DNA of 64,000 nucleotides from the human T2T-CHM13v2.0 reference genome, Homo sapiens. The notes under the pieces were generated by a model. The model did not search any database. It was given only the letters and a program-made list of their open reading frames with translations, and was not told where the DNA came from. The stretch is taken from assembly GCF_009914755.1 (NCBI RefSeq), contig NC_060942.1; one strand, written 5' to 3'. This document shows positions 1-13,778 of the stretch, piece by piece. The translations under genes were made by a program, and so were the position numbers. Within the stretch, counting starts at the first letter, position 1. Every line of letters begins with the position of its first letter.

Positions 1-785
1 TGAATAAATGTCACCATCATAATATAAATAATAATTATTATCACGTTACTGCAATTACTATTATTATGACTATAGTTAGTATCAACTCAGAAAGATTTTG
101 AAAACCATTTTTAGAAGCTTGAGCTTTATCTTCAATGCAAAAAAGAACCAAAGAGGATTTTCCATGGAAAGAAAATGATCTGATTTGCATTCTACAATAA
201 TCACTTTGGAAATAACACAGAGGAAACATGAACACTGACCTATTCTTCCTCCCATTATACACTTAAACCACAGTGAATGAATACAAGTTATAAGCCCCAT
301 AGATGGAAAACAAGGAGAAAACACCCTAAGAAAAATATAATTTTGGAAAACAGCAAAACCAGTGCATGAGTAGGAACTGATTTTTCAAGGCAAATTTGAA
401 ATCTGGATGTCTGTAATAAGGAAAACAAATAAGTCAGTCCGCATGTAATAAAACCTTTGAAATGTTCAGAACACTGAGGAATGTGCTTCTCTACAACCAG
501 ATGTTCAGGGAGGGGCTGAAATGAAGAGAAGTTTCTACTCTTTCAGCCACCACTGCTTTTCCCAAGTCCACCATAGCAAAAAGATGAGAGCCCTAAAGAT
601 TCTGGAAAAGTGGAAACAAGACCCGGCTGGGCTGGGAATGAAACACTGTACTGTAGAAGGAAGTTTGACTTATGCCTGCACTTAGACAGGAAGGCCTCTT
701 TCCCCGCTGGACATCTAGAATTGGGGCAGCCAAGCTAATTCTGTTCTGGTATGTGATTGGAGTGTTTCTCTCTGGGGAATATTTC

Positions 786-1102
786 TTTTTATTTCTTTTT
801 TTTTTTTTTTTTTTTTTTTTTTGAGACGGAGTCTTGCTTTTTCGCCAGGCTGGAGTGCAGTGGTGGGATCTCAGCCCCTGCAACTTCTGACTCCCTGGTT
901 CAAACCTGATTCTCCTGCCCCATTCTCCTGAGTAGCTGGGATTACAGGCACGTGCCACCTCGCCCAGCTAATTTTTGGATTTTTAGTAGAAACAGGGTTT
1001 CACCATGTTGGCCAGGATGGTCTCAATCTCCTGACCTCGTGATCCACCCACCTCAGACGTCTAAAGTGTTGGGATTACAGGCGTGAGCCACCGCGCCCAG
1101 CC
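786..1102 (-). mobile_element. Full-length Alu, AluSc-like
   Basis: Poly-T tract to 822, then GAGACGGAGTCTTGCT...GAGCCACCGCGCCCAGCC. TCGCCAGGCTGG and CCTGACCTCGTGATCC are AluSc-type features. Degenerate TSD GGGAATATTTCT / GGGAGCATTTCT. Confidence 0.95.
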
Positions 1103-1371
1103 AGGGAGCATTTCTAATTAGGGGAAAAAAAAAACAACAACTGTCGTTGATTGTATTTTGTGCTCTTGGAAGAACCTGCCAATTCTGCCATTGTTACCTT
1201 ATTGTGGGGCTAACACATGAATGCCTTATAACTAATTACTTCTTACTGCCCTTCATTTTTTTTCTCATTAGAATTTCCCACTCTTTACAACATTGTTTAT
1301 ATACATATAGGCCCCCTGAATGATTTTGTTTCCTAATGTTTCCCCAGTTGCTAGAATATTGCCTGACCCTA

Positions 1372-1409
1372 TGTATTAGTTAGGGTTCTCTAGACAGATA
1401 CAGCTCATA

Positions 1410-1450
<41 letters not shown>

Positions 1451-1944
1451 AATATAAAGGGGATTTTATTAGGATAAACTCACACAATCACAAGGTGATG
1501 TCCCACAATAGGCTCTCTGCAAGCTGAGAAGCAAGGAAGCCAGTCTGAGTCTCAAAACCTCAAAAGTAGGGAAGCGAATCGTGCAGCCTTCAGTCTATGG
1601 CTGAAGGCCTGAGATGCCCTGGCAAATCACTAGTGTAAGTTCAAGAGTCCAAAAGCTGAAGAACTTGGAGTCTGATGTTTGAGAGCAGGAAGCATCCAGC
1701 ACGGGAGAAAGATGAAGGCGGGAAGACTCAGCAAGTCTGCTCTTTCCACGTTCCTCTGCCTGTTTTATTCTAGCCATGCTGGCGGCTGGTTAGCTGATGC
1801 CCACCCTGATTGAGGGTGGGTCTGCCTCACCCAGTTCACTGACTCAAATTTTAATCTCCTTTGGCAACACCCTCACAGACACACCCAGTAACAGTACTTT
1901 GCATCCTTCAATCCAATGAAGTTGACACAATATTAACCATCACA
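1372..1944 (-). mobile_element. MLT2 (ERVL) solo LTR, MLT2A/B-like, with internal (CA)n
   Basis: Termini TGTATTAGTTAGGGTTCTCT...ATTAACCATCACA. 5-bp TSD CCCTA (1367-1371) / CCCTG (1945-1949). Confidence 0.88.
1413..1448. repeat. (CA)n microsatellite inside the MLT2 LTR
   Basis: About 18 perfect AC units. Confidence 0.95.
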
Positions 1945-4227
1945 CCCTGTATACATATATATGTAGGTATACACATATACATATATGTACGTACATGTAT
2001 AGTGTTTAAGTAAATATTGAAAAATAAACTTTTACTTTCCCATGTTGTATGTTCTTTACAGACAAGTAGGGAGATCAAATCAAACAGACAGATAAATGGA
2101 TCTCATATGATCAGAGGCAAGGAAGTGAACAGACAAGAACTTAAAAGGAAAACCAAATAATGAGAGAAAAGATACTGCATGTTACAAGAACAGATGCTAT
2201 GAAAAAATCAGCAAGTACTCCAAGAAAAGTTTTGGAAATTATAAAATAAATAATTTTTTTTAAAAAATATGAGAAGTACTGAATGACAGTCTTGACAATA
2301 TAGCTTGGACATTAGAAATGGTCATCAAATGATGGTGAATAATAAACAAAATAATGGAATTAGCTCTGGAAGCCCAGTGTCTGAGTAAGAGAAATTTCAG
2401 AATAAAACCCCCAAACATAATAAAGGAGAAATTAATGAAAGGAAGTGAAGGAAGCCAGTGAAGTGAGTGAAGGAAGGGAAGAAAGAAGGATTCAGAACTA
2501 AATAATTTATCCAGATTGCATAGTGCCCGTGGATAGCTCAACAAAATGAATGAAAATACTATACTTTCAGTAGACAACTTGATGATTATTCATTTCCTTT
2601 GCTAAGACAAGGTAGATAAATAGCATCCTTTATAAATGGGTGTGATTTGGTGTTAAATAATGTCTTTCCTTGTTCATTTTTCTGACTGCTTATTTTTTGG
2701 TATGCTGTTTTGTTTTAATAATAGAAGAAAACTGAGCATGTTCTAATGTCAAATCAATGAATCAAGACAGGAAGAACGTGAATATACCGAGAGAGTATCC
2801 ATCACAAATGATTACATCACCATTAGCAAAATGTCTGTTTTTTTATTTTATCTATATTTATTGTTGCAATTCTGAAGGAGGTTTCATGACTCTAATATGA
2901 GAAGAGAATAAAATTTTCAAGGTCCTAAATTGAAATGTTTGCTTATACTCTTTTAATTTATCTTGCTTACATATATAAAACAATCAACAAATTTTAAGTA
3001 ATTTGCCAATTTTTAATTGCAAATCAAATGTAATTAAAAATAAATAATTTGAAATTTGGATAGCTTGATTGTAATTGTAGAAGTTATACATACAACCAAT
3101 ATTAACTATGTTCTTATTATGTTCTTATTAATTAACAAAAATTAATTAGTAATTAATTTTCAGTAGAGACTATTACAAACTTAATAAAACCAATAGTAAA
3201 TGTTATAATGAACTAAGTTATTAATATATCTATCTGGTATAGCATTTAAAAAAATTAATCTATTGAACCCGAACATGAAAATGGAGATGAATTTTTTTTC
3301 TGGTAGTGACTTACACTTGATATTTTATTTTGTTTAGTAATTGAATAGGGCTGAAAATGGAGAGTTCCCCTTCTTTACCACAAATCAATGAACATCCTTC
3401 TTATGTCATGTGGACTGATTAACACTAGACTGGAGATCCCAATTAGATATATAATTAAAAAATGATTCATTTTGAAAGATGCATAAGTAATTTTAATACA
3501 TCACTTTCAGTTTAAACAAATTGTAATGTTTAATTACAAACATAACACCTGCATTACCATGTATATATTTTACCTTATCTCTTCACTAGTTACTCAAGAA
3601 AATGACACCTAATTTAAGAAAGGAATAATGGGCTATTATTTAAGATTGATGTGAAAGTTAGTCAATCACACACTTGTCTTATTTAACTTTTTTATTTAAT
3701 TCACCATCCTGGCTCTTATCAGAAACTGATGAGCTAATTTGTTTGCTTCTGCACTTATCAATGGGATTCCATTAAGTTAAATGGCTTTGCAAAGGAAAAT
3801 CTATAAAGGAACAGCAAATCTACTGGACATGATAATGAAAGGGACTCTGAACATAATGTTTTACATGAAAGCTACTCTAAAACAGTTCAATACTGGATCA
3901 ATTAAACTGGAGAAAATAATTCAGTTGGGATAATTGTGTTTTACTGAAAGTTTAAATGTTTGTTAAATACAATAATTTATTCTGATTTGTGAAACATCAA
4001 ATGATAAAGTTAATTATCATTAGTCCACTTTGTAAATCTGAGAATATTTACCCTAGAAGACTGTGATAGCCAGGTTAATAAGCTAAATATTGATAATGCG
4101 TGATTTAACATTTCTCTGTTACTTCATACATACTCTTTATTTTGCCATCCTTTCCTAATTAGGTTCGGTTTTGCTCCAATTAATTCTCATCACAGCCTTT
4201 TTCCCACTCAAATTAAAATTGAGTTTT

Positions 4228-4980
4228 GAGGACTCCTTTTCCAGCCATGGTGGTGTAACAAAGTCTGTGTTTACCTTCTTGTCTTAAACAGTTAGAAAGA
4301 TTGACAAATTTTATGAATTAACACGACTTAAACATGAGACACCAGGCAGTGCATGTCTGAGATGCCCAAGAAAAGATAAAACAAGTAAGATAAAAATTTT
4401 CATCATTCAAGATTATTTCAAAAACACTCATTCTGAATCATGGATCAGGGAGCAAAATCTAAACCAAAGAAAATTTTCTTGCTGAGTCAAGGTGAGAGAG
4501 TATAGAACTTAGAGAATCTGAAGAGGCTGGAAGTTTCAGAACAGAGTTTTTAAGAAGAGAGAACTACCCAGAACAATGGCCTTAGAATCTGCCTAAGGAA
4601 ACCCTTTGAGTCTTTGCTAAATAATGAGAGCTATATACATAAACTGAAAAATCTAAGTGGTTGAACAAAGTATGCCCTCAAAACCCTAAACTGAGCAACT
4701 CTCAGAGTTCACTTAGATATGGAAACTGTTCAAATTTCTAACAAGACCTTCAAAGATCCCTCAGCATTCAAGAAGGCCACAGGGAAAACAGTCTTTAGTA
4801 GTGGAGACAAACTCTATCTTACTAAAGGAGAAAACTAGGTTTGCACTAATAAAGTTTAAAAACAAGATATAAAAGTTTTTAGCTGAACCACAAGTAACAA
4901 CAACCACAAAAAATCCATATACTCAACGTTGGAAAATGCACAGTTTTCAAGATGTAATAAAAATTCCTAGGTGTATAACA
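4228..4980 (+). mobile_element. Decayed old L1M 5'-region remnant
   Basis: A-rich sequence resembling L1M 5' UTR, directly upstream of the clear L1MA segment. Recognised by resemblance only. Confidence 0.4.
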
Positions 4981-5034
4981 TGTCAAGAAAAAAATCACAT
5001 TTATAACAGTATCTAAAAATTAAACAGGAATAAA

Positions 5035-5142
5035 TTTAACCATGGAAAACTATAAAACATTGATAAAAAGTATTAAAGAATTCATTCTTTAATGTATTCT
5101 TTAATACTTTTTATCAATGTTTTATAGTTTTCCATGGTTAAA
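5035..5142. repeat. Perfect 47-bp inverted repeat with a 14-nt spacer
   Basis: 5035-5081 TTTAACCATGGAAAACTATAAAACATTGATAAAAAGTATTAAAGAAT is the exact reverse complement of 5096-5142. Confidence 0.97.
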
Positions 5143-5257
5143 ATGAAAAGATATCCCATATCCATGGATTGGGAGAATCAATATTGTTAAAATGTCCACA
5201 CTACCCAAAACAATATGCAGATTCAATGCAATTCCTATCAAAATTCCAGTGGCATTC

Positions 5258-5526
5258 TTTTTTTTTTTTTTCCTTCCCCCCGAGACAGAGTTTCGCTCTG
5301 TCACCCAGGCTACAGTGCAGTGGCGCGATCTCTGCTCCCTGCATGCTCTGCCTCCTGGGTTCACGCCATTCTCCTGCCTCAGCCTCCTGAGTAGCTGGGA
5401 CTACAGGCACCCCCCACCACGCCTGGCTAATTTTTTTTTGTATTTTTAGTAGAGACGGGTTTCAACATGTTAGCCAGGGTGGTCTCGATTTCCTAACCTT
5501 GTGATCCACCTGCCTCGGCCTCCCAA
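5258..5526 (-). mobile_element. 5'-truncated AluY inserted in the L1MA
   Basis: GGGTTCACGCCATTCTCC and GTTAGCCAGG are AluY features. The copy stops at CCTCCCAA, so it lacks ~35 nt of the 5' end. 15-bp TSD CCAGTGGCATTCTTT (5246-5260) / CCAATGGCATTCTTT (5527-5541). Confidence 0.93.
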
Positions 5527-7940
5527 CCAATGGCATTCTTTACAGAAAAAGAAAATAAATCCTAAAATTTGTATGAAACAAGAAAAGACTGAATAAAGCA
5601 ATCTTGAGCAATAAGAACAAAACTGGAGGCATCACAATATCTGATTTCAAAATATACTACAAAGTTGTAGTAATAAAAGCTATAGTAATAAAAGCTACAG
5701 TAATAAAGTAATAGAAGCAGCAGGATAACAGACACATAGACCAATTGAATAGAATAAAGAGCCCAGAAATAAATCTATGCATCTACAGTCAATTGATTTT
5801 TGACAAAGTTTCCAAGAGCACACTTTGGGAAAGAATAGTCTCTTTAATAAATGGTTTTGGGACAAATGAATATCTAAATACAAAAAAAATGAAATTAGAT
5901 TCTTATCTCACACCATATACAAAAATCAACTCGAAATATAATAAACACTTAAATATAAGACATGTAAATGTAAAACTACTAGAAGAAAACATATAGGAAA
6001 GCTCCATTACATTTGTGTGGGCAGTGATTTTTTTAAAATATAAGCCTAAAAGCACAGGCAGCAAAAGCAAAGATAGACAAATTTAATTACATTAAACTTA
6101 AAAGCTTCTGCATAGCAAAGGAAACAGTCAACAGAATAAAGGGACAACCTATGGAATTGGTGAAAATATTTGTAAACAACACATCTAGGGCTTGATATCC
6201 AAAGTATATAAGAAACTCCAACAACTTGATGGAAAGAAACCAAATAACCTAATTAAAATATGAGCAAAGAATATGCATAGGCAACAAATGGCCAACAGGT
6301 ATATGAAAAAATGCTCAACATTGCTAGTTATCAGGAAATGCAAATAAAAACCATGGGATACCTGTTAGAATGGCTAACAACAAAAGGAAGAAAGATAACA
6401 AATGTTGGTGAGGATATGGAGAAAAGTTTACTCTTGTGTGCTGTTGGTGGGATTGTGAATTAGTATGGCCATTTTGGAAAACAGTATAAAGATTCCCAAA
6501 AAATAAAAAATAAAACTACCATATAATTGGCAACCTCACTACTATGTCTATATACAAAGCAAATAAAATCAACTATATAGATGAGATACCTGCGCTCCTG
6601 TGTTTATTGTAGTATTATTTACAATAGTGAAGATGTGGAATCGATCTATGGGTCCATCAATGGATGAATGAAGAAAATATAGCTACAACCCCCCCAACAC
6701 ATATGCACATACTAAAATATTATTCAGACTTCAAGGAAATTTTGTCATTTGCGACAAGGAACCTAGATGACATACGACATTATGTTAATAAAATAAGTTC
6801 CACTCAGGAAGACCAATACTGTATGATCTCACATGTGGAATCTAAAAAAGTTGAACTCATGGAAGTAGAGAGTAGAGTGGTTGGTTACAGGAGCTAAAGG
6901 CGGGAGGAAATTGAGATGTTGGTCAAAGGAAATGAAATTTCAGTTAGAACAAGTTGAAGAGATCTTTTGTACAATAAGGAGATTATAGTTAATCATAATG
7001 TATTATATTATTGAAAATTGCCAAGAGAGTAGGTTTTAAGCATTTCACCACATAAAAAAGAAAAATATGTGAAATAATGCATATGGTAATTAGCTTGACT
7101 TAGCTATTTCACAGTGTAAGCCTATTTCAAAACAACATATACATGATAAGAATATACAATTATTGTTTGTCAGTTAAAATAACAGAAGAATATGCTAAGA
7201 TAAAGAATGATACTGAAATGTAAAGAATATTTATTTTTTAATACCTAATAGATTTTATGCTAGATTAGAAATAGATTAATAAAGCTTTTACAAATTAGAA
7301 TATAGAACTAAAAAATTACCTAAAATATAGGTAGATATTAAGATTAATTTAATATTAAAATTAAAAATATTTAAATATAAAATATAAATTTGAAGTCATT
7401 AAAATATAGGTTTGAGATTGAAGTTATTAAAGAAAAATATAAAAGACTTAAGAAACAGAATTAACATTTTGTCAACACTGCTGATATATTGCATATGAAT
7501 TGTAGTTCAAATAAATGCATTACTCTTGGAAACTCTCATCTGCCTCCTACAATGTCCAATTCTTTACCTATAGTAGGCCTTCAGAATGCATTAATATTTG
7601 TACAGTCTATAAACATAAAAACCTGTTAAATAAATTGACTCAAGTGTAAATAATATTTATTTGTTTCTCATTTCTTTATTTCTATTTTTGTTTTGTCTGT
7701 TTAGTTTCAGTCTTATAAGAAAGGAGAGAGGACATAAGGCTGAAACATGTTCTTGAAGATAATGGCTGTGTTTCAAAAATGATAGAAATTATGAATCTTC
7801 CTATAAATAAGCACCACAACAATCCACCAGAATAGTAAAAAAAAAAAAACCTATCTAGCAGAACATAATGAAAATATAGTATTCCAAAGTAAAAGAGAAA
7901 CACAGTAAAAACAGTAAGAGAGAAAAGAAAGATTACTTAC

Positions 7941-8318
7941 TGATATGCCTTGGCTCTGTGTCCCCACTCAAATCTCATCTTGAATTGTAATCCCCGTAAT
8001 CCACACGTGTTGAGAGAGGGATCTGGTTGGAAGTGATTGGATCATGGAGGTGAGGTTCCCCCATGCTGTTCTTTTGCTAGTAAGTAAGTGAGTTCTCATG
8101 AGATCTCATGGTTTTATAAGTATTTGACAATTCCTCCTTCACATGCTCTCTCTCCCTTGCCGCCATGTTAGACACACTTGCTTCCCCTTCTGCCATGATT
8201 GTTAGTTTCCTGAGGCTTCCCCAGCCACGTGAAACTTTGAGTCAATTATACCTCTTTTCTTTATAAATTACCCAGTCTCAGAAAGTTCTTTATAGCAGTG
8301 TGAAAATGGACTAATACA
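7941..8318 (+). mobile_element. THE1 (MaLR) solo LTR, THE1D-like
   Basis: TGATATGCCTTGGCTCTGTGTCCCCA...GGACTAATACA. Perfect 5-bp TSD CTTAC (7936-7940 / 8319-8323). Confidence 0.93.
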
Positions 8319-9407
8319 CTTACAAAGAACAATTGTTAGATATGCAGCTGATTGCTAATCAACCATAATGAAAGTCATAAGACAGTCAAAGTATTTTTTA
8401 AATGTTTTAAAATATGTAGGTTGGCTTAGGATAGTGTCAACAACAAACTAATATTTTTTAAGTGGTGGGTAATAAATAGACATGCTTACTCAAACTTGAA
8501 TTTCTGACATTGTTTTAAAATGATTGATGCTGTCACTTGGACACAATAAATAATGCCCTCTTCAATACTCCCAATTAACTGTTATCACAACTATTACCAA
8601 GGCAAATCATAGTTTTAAAATTTTTTTTACAACACTCTACACTGAGCTTTGTGATATAATTACCATTCAATAATATCTTTTTTCCCTATCCCATTCAATT
8701 GTGATGTATTTATTATTAGAATCAGGATATTAAAAGTACCCCCACCTTTTCTCCCATATTCCAAATCAAGGAAGTTTGATGCCTTCTTTCTCCTGATAGT
8801 TGCCCCTCAAACTTCAGGTAACACCAATTTGAACTCCTATAGGAAACACAGGCAGCTACTTAGCCTGAGACACTATGTTTACAAGCTATTTAGTCTGTAG
8901 TCTATATTCACTAGATATTTCATGGGCAAAAAGAAATATATCAGGTAGTAGGAATACAAATATAACAATGCATTTGAACTGAAGGATGAGAAGTCTGAAA
9001 GGTATAAAATAAACATTGAAAGCCTAAAAATGGTAGGTTTTATTACAGTCACCTAGAGCTTTATGCCAGGTGACTTTTCAGCCTTATGCCAGCCTTTTTT
9101 TTCACATGATCACACACTGAAAAATCCAGTGTAAAACTCACTGCTCTCATTCTTTGGATGACACTAGAGTAAAAATGTCTGCATATTCTGTTTCTGAGAG
9201 AAATTACAAATTGCAATCAATAGATTAAAACGGCTAGCTGTAAGTACTCCAAGTCATACAAATCCTTTGCAAAGAGTGGACAAATACTATTTCCCTTAAC
9301 TATTACCTCAAGACAGAGGCAACTGCATTCATGAATTAATTCAACAGTGATTAAGAATGTATCGTATTTCCAAGTTTGTGTAACTGAAAAGTACATTAAT
9401 CAGTTAT

Positions 9408-9515
9408 ATTCAGGCTATAACAAACAAATTATAACAAACAAATTCAGGCTATAACAAATTCAGGTTATAACAAAAAAAGGCTATAACAAACAAGATAAAT
9501 TTGTCATTTATCTTG
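9408..9515. repeat. Irregular tandem microduplications (TTCAGGCTATAACAAA) followed by a 10-bp hairpin
   Basis: Five copies of TATAACAAA. CAAGATAAAT (9491-9500) is the reverse complement of ATTTATCTTG (9506-9515). Confidence 0.8.
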
Positions 9516-12020
9516 AAGATTGAATTAGGAGCCTGGAATTAAGGCAGAATCATATTTAACTTCAAAATCCAATCTGGGACGAAGAACAACTCTTTGTTTC
9601 AAAAAACCCACTCACAAAAAAAAATTGTACATGTGAAACATGCTTACATGAGATTATCCTTTCAGGTAAATGGACATTTGGTGTGTTTGTGCAGGTGTAC
9701 TTATTTGTGTGTGTGTGTTTACGTGTGTGCATATGCATACATGCAGTTGTAGGCTAAATACTTTGAGTACAATCCTATGATTCTTTTCATTTTGTTGGTT
9801 CTTTATTTTTTAATAAGGGAGTAACTCAAATTACACTTCTTGAAGAACTGTAGCAATAGGCTAGACAACCAAATTCTACTGGAGTATGGCTTGTCATTTG
9901 CAGAACACTTTATCTTAAAATGCTAAGTTGTGTTGCTTTTATGACATATTGCAAATGAACCTTGTTTCAAAGAAATGTATTATTCTTGGTAACTCCAGTC
10001 TCCCTACTAAAATCTCTAATTCTTTACATATAGTAAGCCTGCAAAAATGTTGTAAATACAGGCTTAGTATATAAGCATAAAAGTATATGCTTATATGAAA
10101 TATATGCTTATATGAAATAAATGAACCCACATGTTAAAAATAGGTATCTTTTTTGTTTGCTTATTTATATTATTGTTTTATTTTTAGTTATTTGTTTATA
10201 GTTATTTTTATTGTAGTAATTATAAGTGCTTTATTTTTCTCTCATTACATTGGACTTAGCACGTTCCCTACATATGTAATTGAAAAATTACCACATTTAT
10301 ATAATCATACCTCTTTCTAAAGATAGAAGCTGACTTGCTTTGTCAATCTGGGGAAACAAGTGTGGTGCTTTTTATTATACAAAGTTTGGACTTCAAAATG
10401 TCAATAAACAAAACTGATGTTTGCTAAATCTGTGATTAAACCCATTTCCTCTTAATTTTACTATATTTATATATTACTAATATTTACCATATTACGTATA
10501 TTCAGTGTGCAAAAGTTTTAAGTCCAGCATTTATTTTTCCATTTAAAGTAGCGTGAATGATAAAAACAGGTATGCTTTCCCCTTTCTAAAATCTTGTGAC
10601 ATCTTCACCTGTATTATTTACTTGCATTTGGTGCTACTTAAACTTCGGGCAAATGTCTGTGTTGGTGATAACAAATTAACAAGAACTTAATCCTGTATTA
10701 CAAATGAAGATGGACAAGAGAAATTCAAGAGTAAATCATCACCTGCATATCATTATTAGTAGTATTTCATTTATATAATAAAAGTGGACAGTTTATTTAC
10801 TGTAGCTTTCTTATTTTGATAAGGAAACACATTTACGTCTACTTTTAAAAATAAGACATTCACAGCAATTCTTTCTCTGTGCCATGGTCAAACGATAAAT
10901 TTTTCTCCTCTTTACAACATAACATTTGGTTGAGAGATCAGCTATCAAGACGGGGATGACAAATTGAGTGACGATGATCAAAACAGAGTAGAATCGTACT
11001 TGCTCTTTGTGGCTCCATGGCCACTTCTTTGCTAATATAAGGCAAGTTTAGTAGTGTCAGAAAAATCAGTGAATAGAATTTGAGGCAAAAGCAATGAAAG
11101 GAAAGATGGATAAAGAATGTGACATATTTGCCCTGGCACTTTTGGGACAATAACTACCTGGCAAGTTTAACCATGCTCAATCACAGTGACACAGAGGGAG
11201 GAACGGGATCTCTGCGCCAGGTGCTCACTCAAATTCAGATTCTGGAAGACATGACACAGAAGAGCAGTACAACTTGTGAAATCTACCACTTAGCAAGTAA
11301 TATTTGGACAGCCAGATATAATGTATAATAGGTGAGAATAGGTTGTCAATCCCTAGAACCTTGAGGGAAGTTACAAGGAAAAAGAAAGACAAGAATATTC
11401 ACTATTAGTTTACTTTTGCCCAGGTTCCATGTGAACTCTCCTTGCCAAAAAGGTTTTCATAAAAATTATTCCATTTCACATGAACTGACTCACTTCTGAA
11501 ACTAAACATTTATCTGTTTAGCATGCAGGAAATTATTTTTAATTTTAGGATACATAATAATCTTAAAAACTAGGGTAGAAATCACATTTATTAAAAATTT
11601 TTCTGAAATAGGAGTTTTACAGTGTCGTTTTATTTATTTTCTTTAGTTATTTTAGTAATTTTCCTGAAATTAAAAAAGTGGATTAAACTAGAATATTTTT
11701 AAAAACAATTTCAAATGAGTAACTCCAATTTAAAAACTTTTCACAACAATAATATTGAAATCATTATTTAGGAATTTATCTACTCATCCTATGGCTTCTT
11801 TAGAAACTAACTTTATTTATAATTGACAGTTACCTATTTGTAAATACAGGTGTTTTATTGTACCAAATAAGTAGATAATTATAAATTACAAGATTTACTT
11901 AAAGTGTAAAATAGTGTTTTATAAAGAAAAATTTAATCTAGTCAATATAACTCCTGCCTTCAACAAAATACTTAAACCAGAACTATTTACCAATTACAAA
12001 ACTTATAATACAATCTGTAA

Positions 12021-12440
<420 letters not shown>

Positions 12441-13121
12441 TAAAGATTGACATTATTAGCACACTAACTTAAAGGTTATGGGTAGACAGAAGAATACATA
12501 GCTAATGATATGAATTTGGCTTTTTAAAAAATTAAAATGTATCATACTGTATATGATACATGAAACCAGATATTCTAATATTTTGAATATTTCATAAGTT
12601 ATTAAATATGCTACATTAAGATATGTGTACACAGTTGTATATCAGTATCTTAGTTTGTAAACATATTTAAACATATTTGTGGTTTTAGTTATTGATATCA
12701 GTGTTTTTCACTATATTAAAAAATAAATGATATGATTCTTGTTTTTAAAGATTTGTATTCATCAAAAATTAGTTATATGGAAAAGGATTCCCAGAAGACA
12801 TTTCTTTTTCTAATAGAAGGTTTATAAAACTCTAAACATTTTGGGACTGCTAAACCTCCCTTCAAAAATATTTTGCTAATTTTTAAATTTTTATATACGG
12901 TGCATGAGAACTCAAATATCCCATACATTTGTCAATTCTGATTATATAATTTTAGAAGCAAAATACACCACAGATCTATTTTGCTTGTTTTAACATCTAA
13001 GGAAGATATCTGACTGTTGTTTTAATTTGTATTTCCTTGACACTATTAAGTTTTAATTTTGTTTCATAGTTTCAGTGGCCACTTTTATCACTCATTTTTT
13101 TAAATTGAAAGACTGTGTATC

Positions 13122-13423
13122 TTTTTTGTTTTATGGGGGGCGGGGGGCGAAGTCTCGCCCTGTCGCCAGGCTGGAGTACAATAGCAGGATCTCTGCTCGC
13201 TGCAACCTCGGCCTCCTGGGTTCAAGTGATTCTCCTGCTTCAGCGTCCTGAGTAGCTGGGATTACAGGTGCATGCCACCACGCCCAGCTAATTTTTTGTA
13301 TCTTTTGTAGAGACGGGGTTTCACCATGTTGGCTAGGCTAGTCTTAAACTCCTGACCTCATGATCCTCCTGCCTCAGCCTCCCAAAGTGCGGGGATTACA
13401 GGCATGAGCCACCATGCTCAGCC
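13122..13423 (-). mobile_element. Full-length AluS (Sc/Sg-like)
   Basis: Alu body AGTCTCGCCCTGTCGCCAGGCTGG...GAGCCACCATGCTCAGCC. TSD TGTGTATC on both sides. A G-run replaces part of the tail junction. Confidence 0.93.
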
Positions 13424-13669
13424 TATGTGTATCATTTTTAATGAAGATGAAGTGTTGTAATTGGAGCTTGGTTAGGAAAACGAAAGACGTCCAGTATATT
13501 TCGAATGTTGGAGGGCCTTTTCATTTTCAAGAGATAGAGGTTAAAGGAATTAGTCATGTGTAATGGAAATGTCCAAGGTAGGGCCCAGGTGCTGCTTAAA
13601 TGATACGGTCAGGAATCTGCTATGCTTTGTTTTGCTTCTTTTTTTCAGTTTTTCAAGGGGGAATTGTAG

Positions 13670-13778
13670 GAGATAAAGAGGTCTCATTTTGTCACTCCAG
13701 GCTGGCTTCAAACTCCTGGTCTCAAGTGCTTCAGCCTCCTGAGCACCTGGAACTACAGGCATTCACCACCAAGCCAGG
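13670..13778 (-). mobile_element. Alu monomer fragment (FLAM/FRAM/AluJ-like)
   Basis: GGTCTCATTTTGTC...CAGGCTGGCTTCAAACTCCTGGTCTCAAG...ACTACAGGCATTCACCACC. Confidence 0.75.

Larger units (their letters stand above)
4990..7165 (+). mobile_element. 5'-truncated L1MA-type LINE-1 (ORF2 3' part and 3' UTR), interrupted by AluY
   Basis: ORF-track fragments match L1 ORF2 ([19 protein letters not shown]; NRIKSPEINLCIYSQLIFDK; KLDSYLTPYTKINSK). L1MA-like 3' UTR ends ...TTGTCAGTTAAAAT. Confidence 0.9.

Noticed and set aside
593-958. Alu-derived ORFs (also 5122-5449, 18295-18605, 23519-23755, 31072-31691, 34746-34958, 51854-52117)
   Set aside because: Translations are typical Alu reading frames ([24 protein letters not shown]) with no independent coding evidence.
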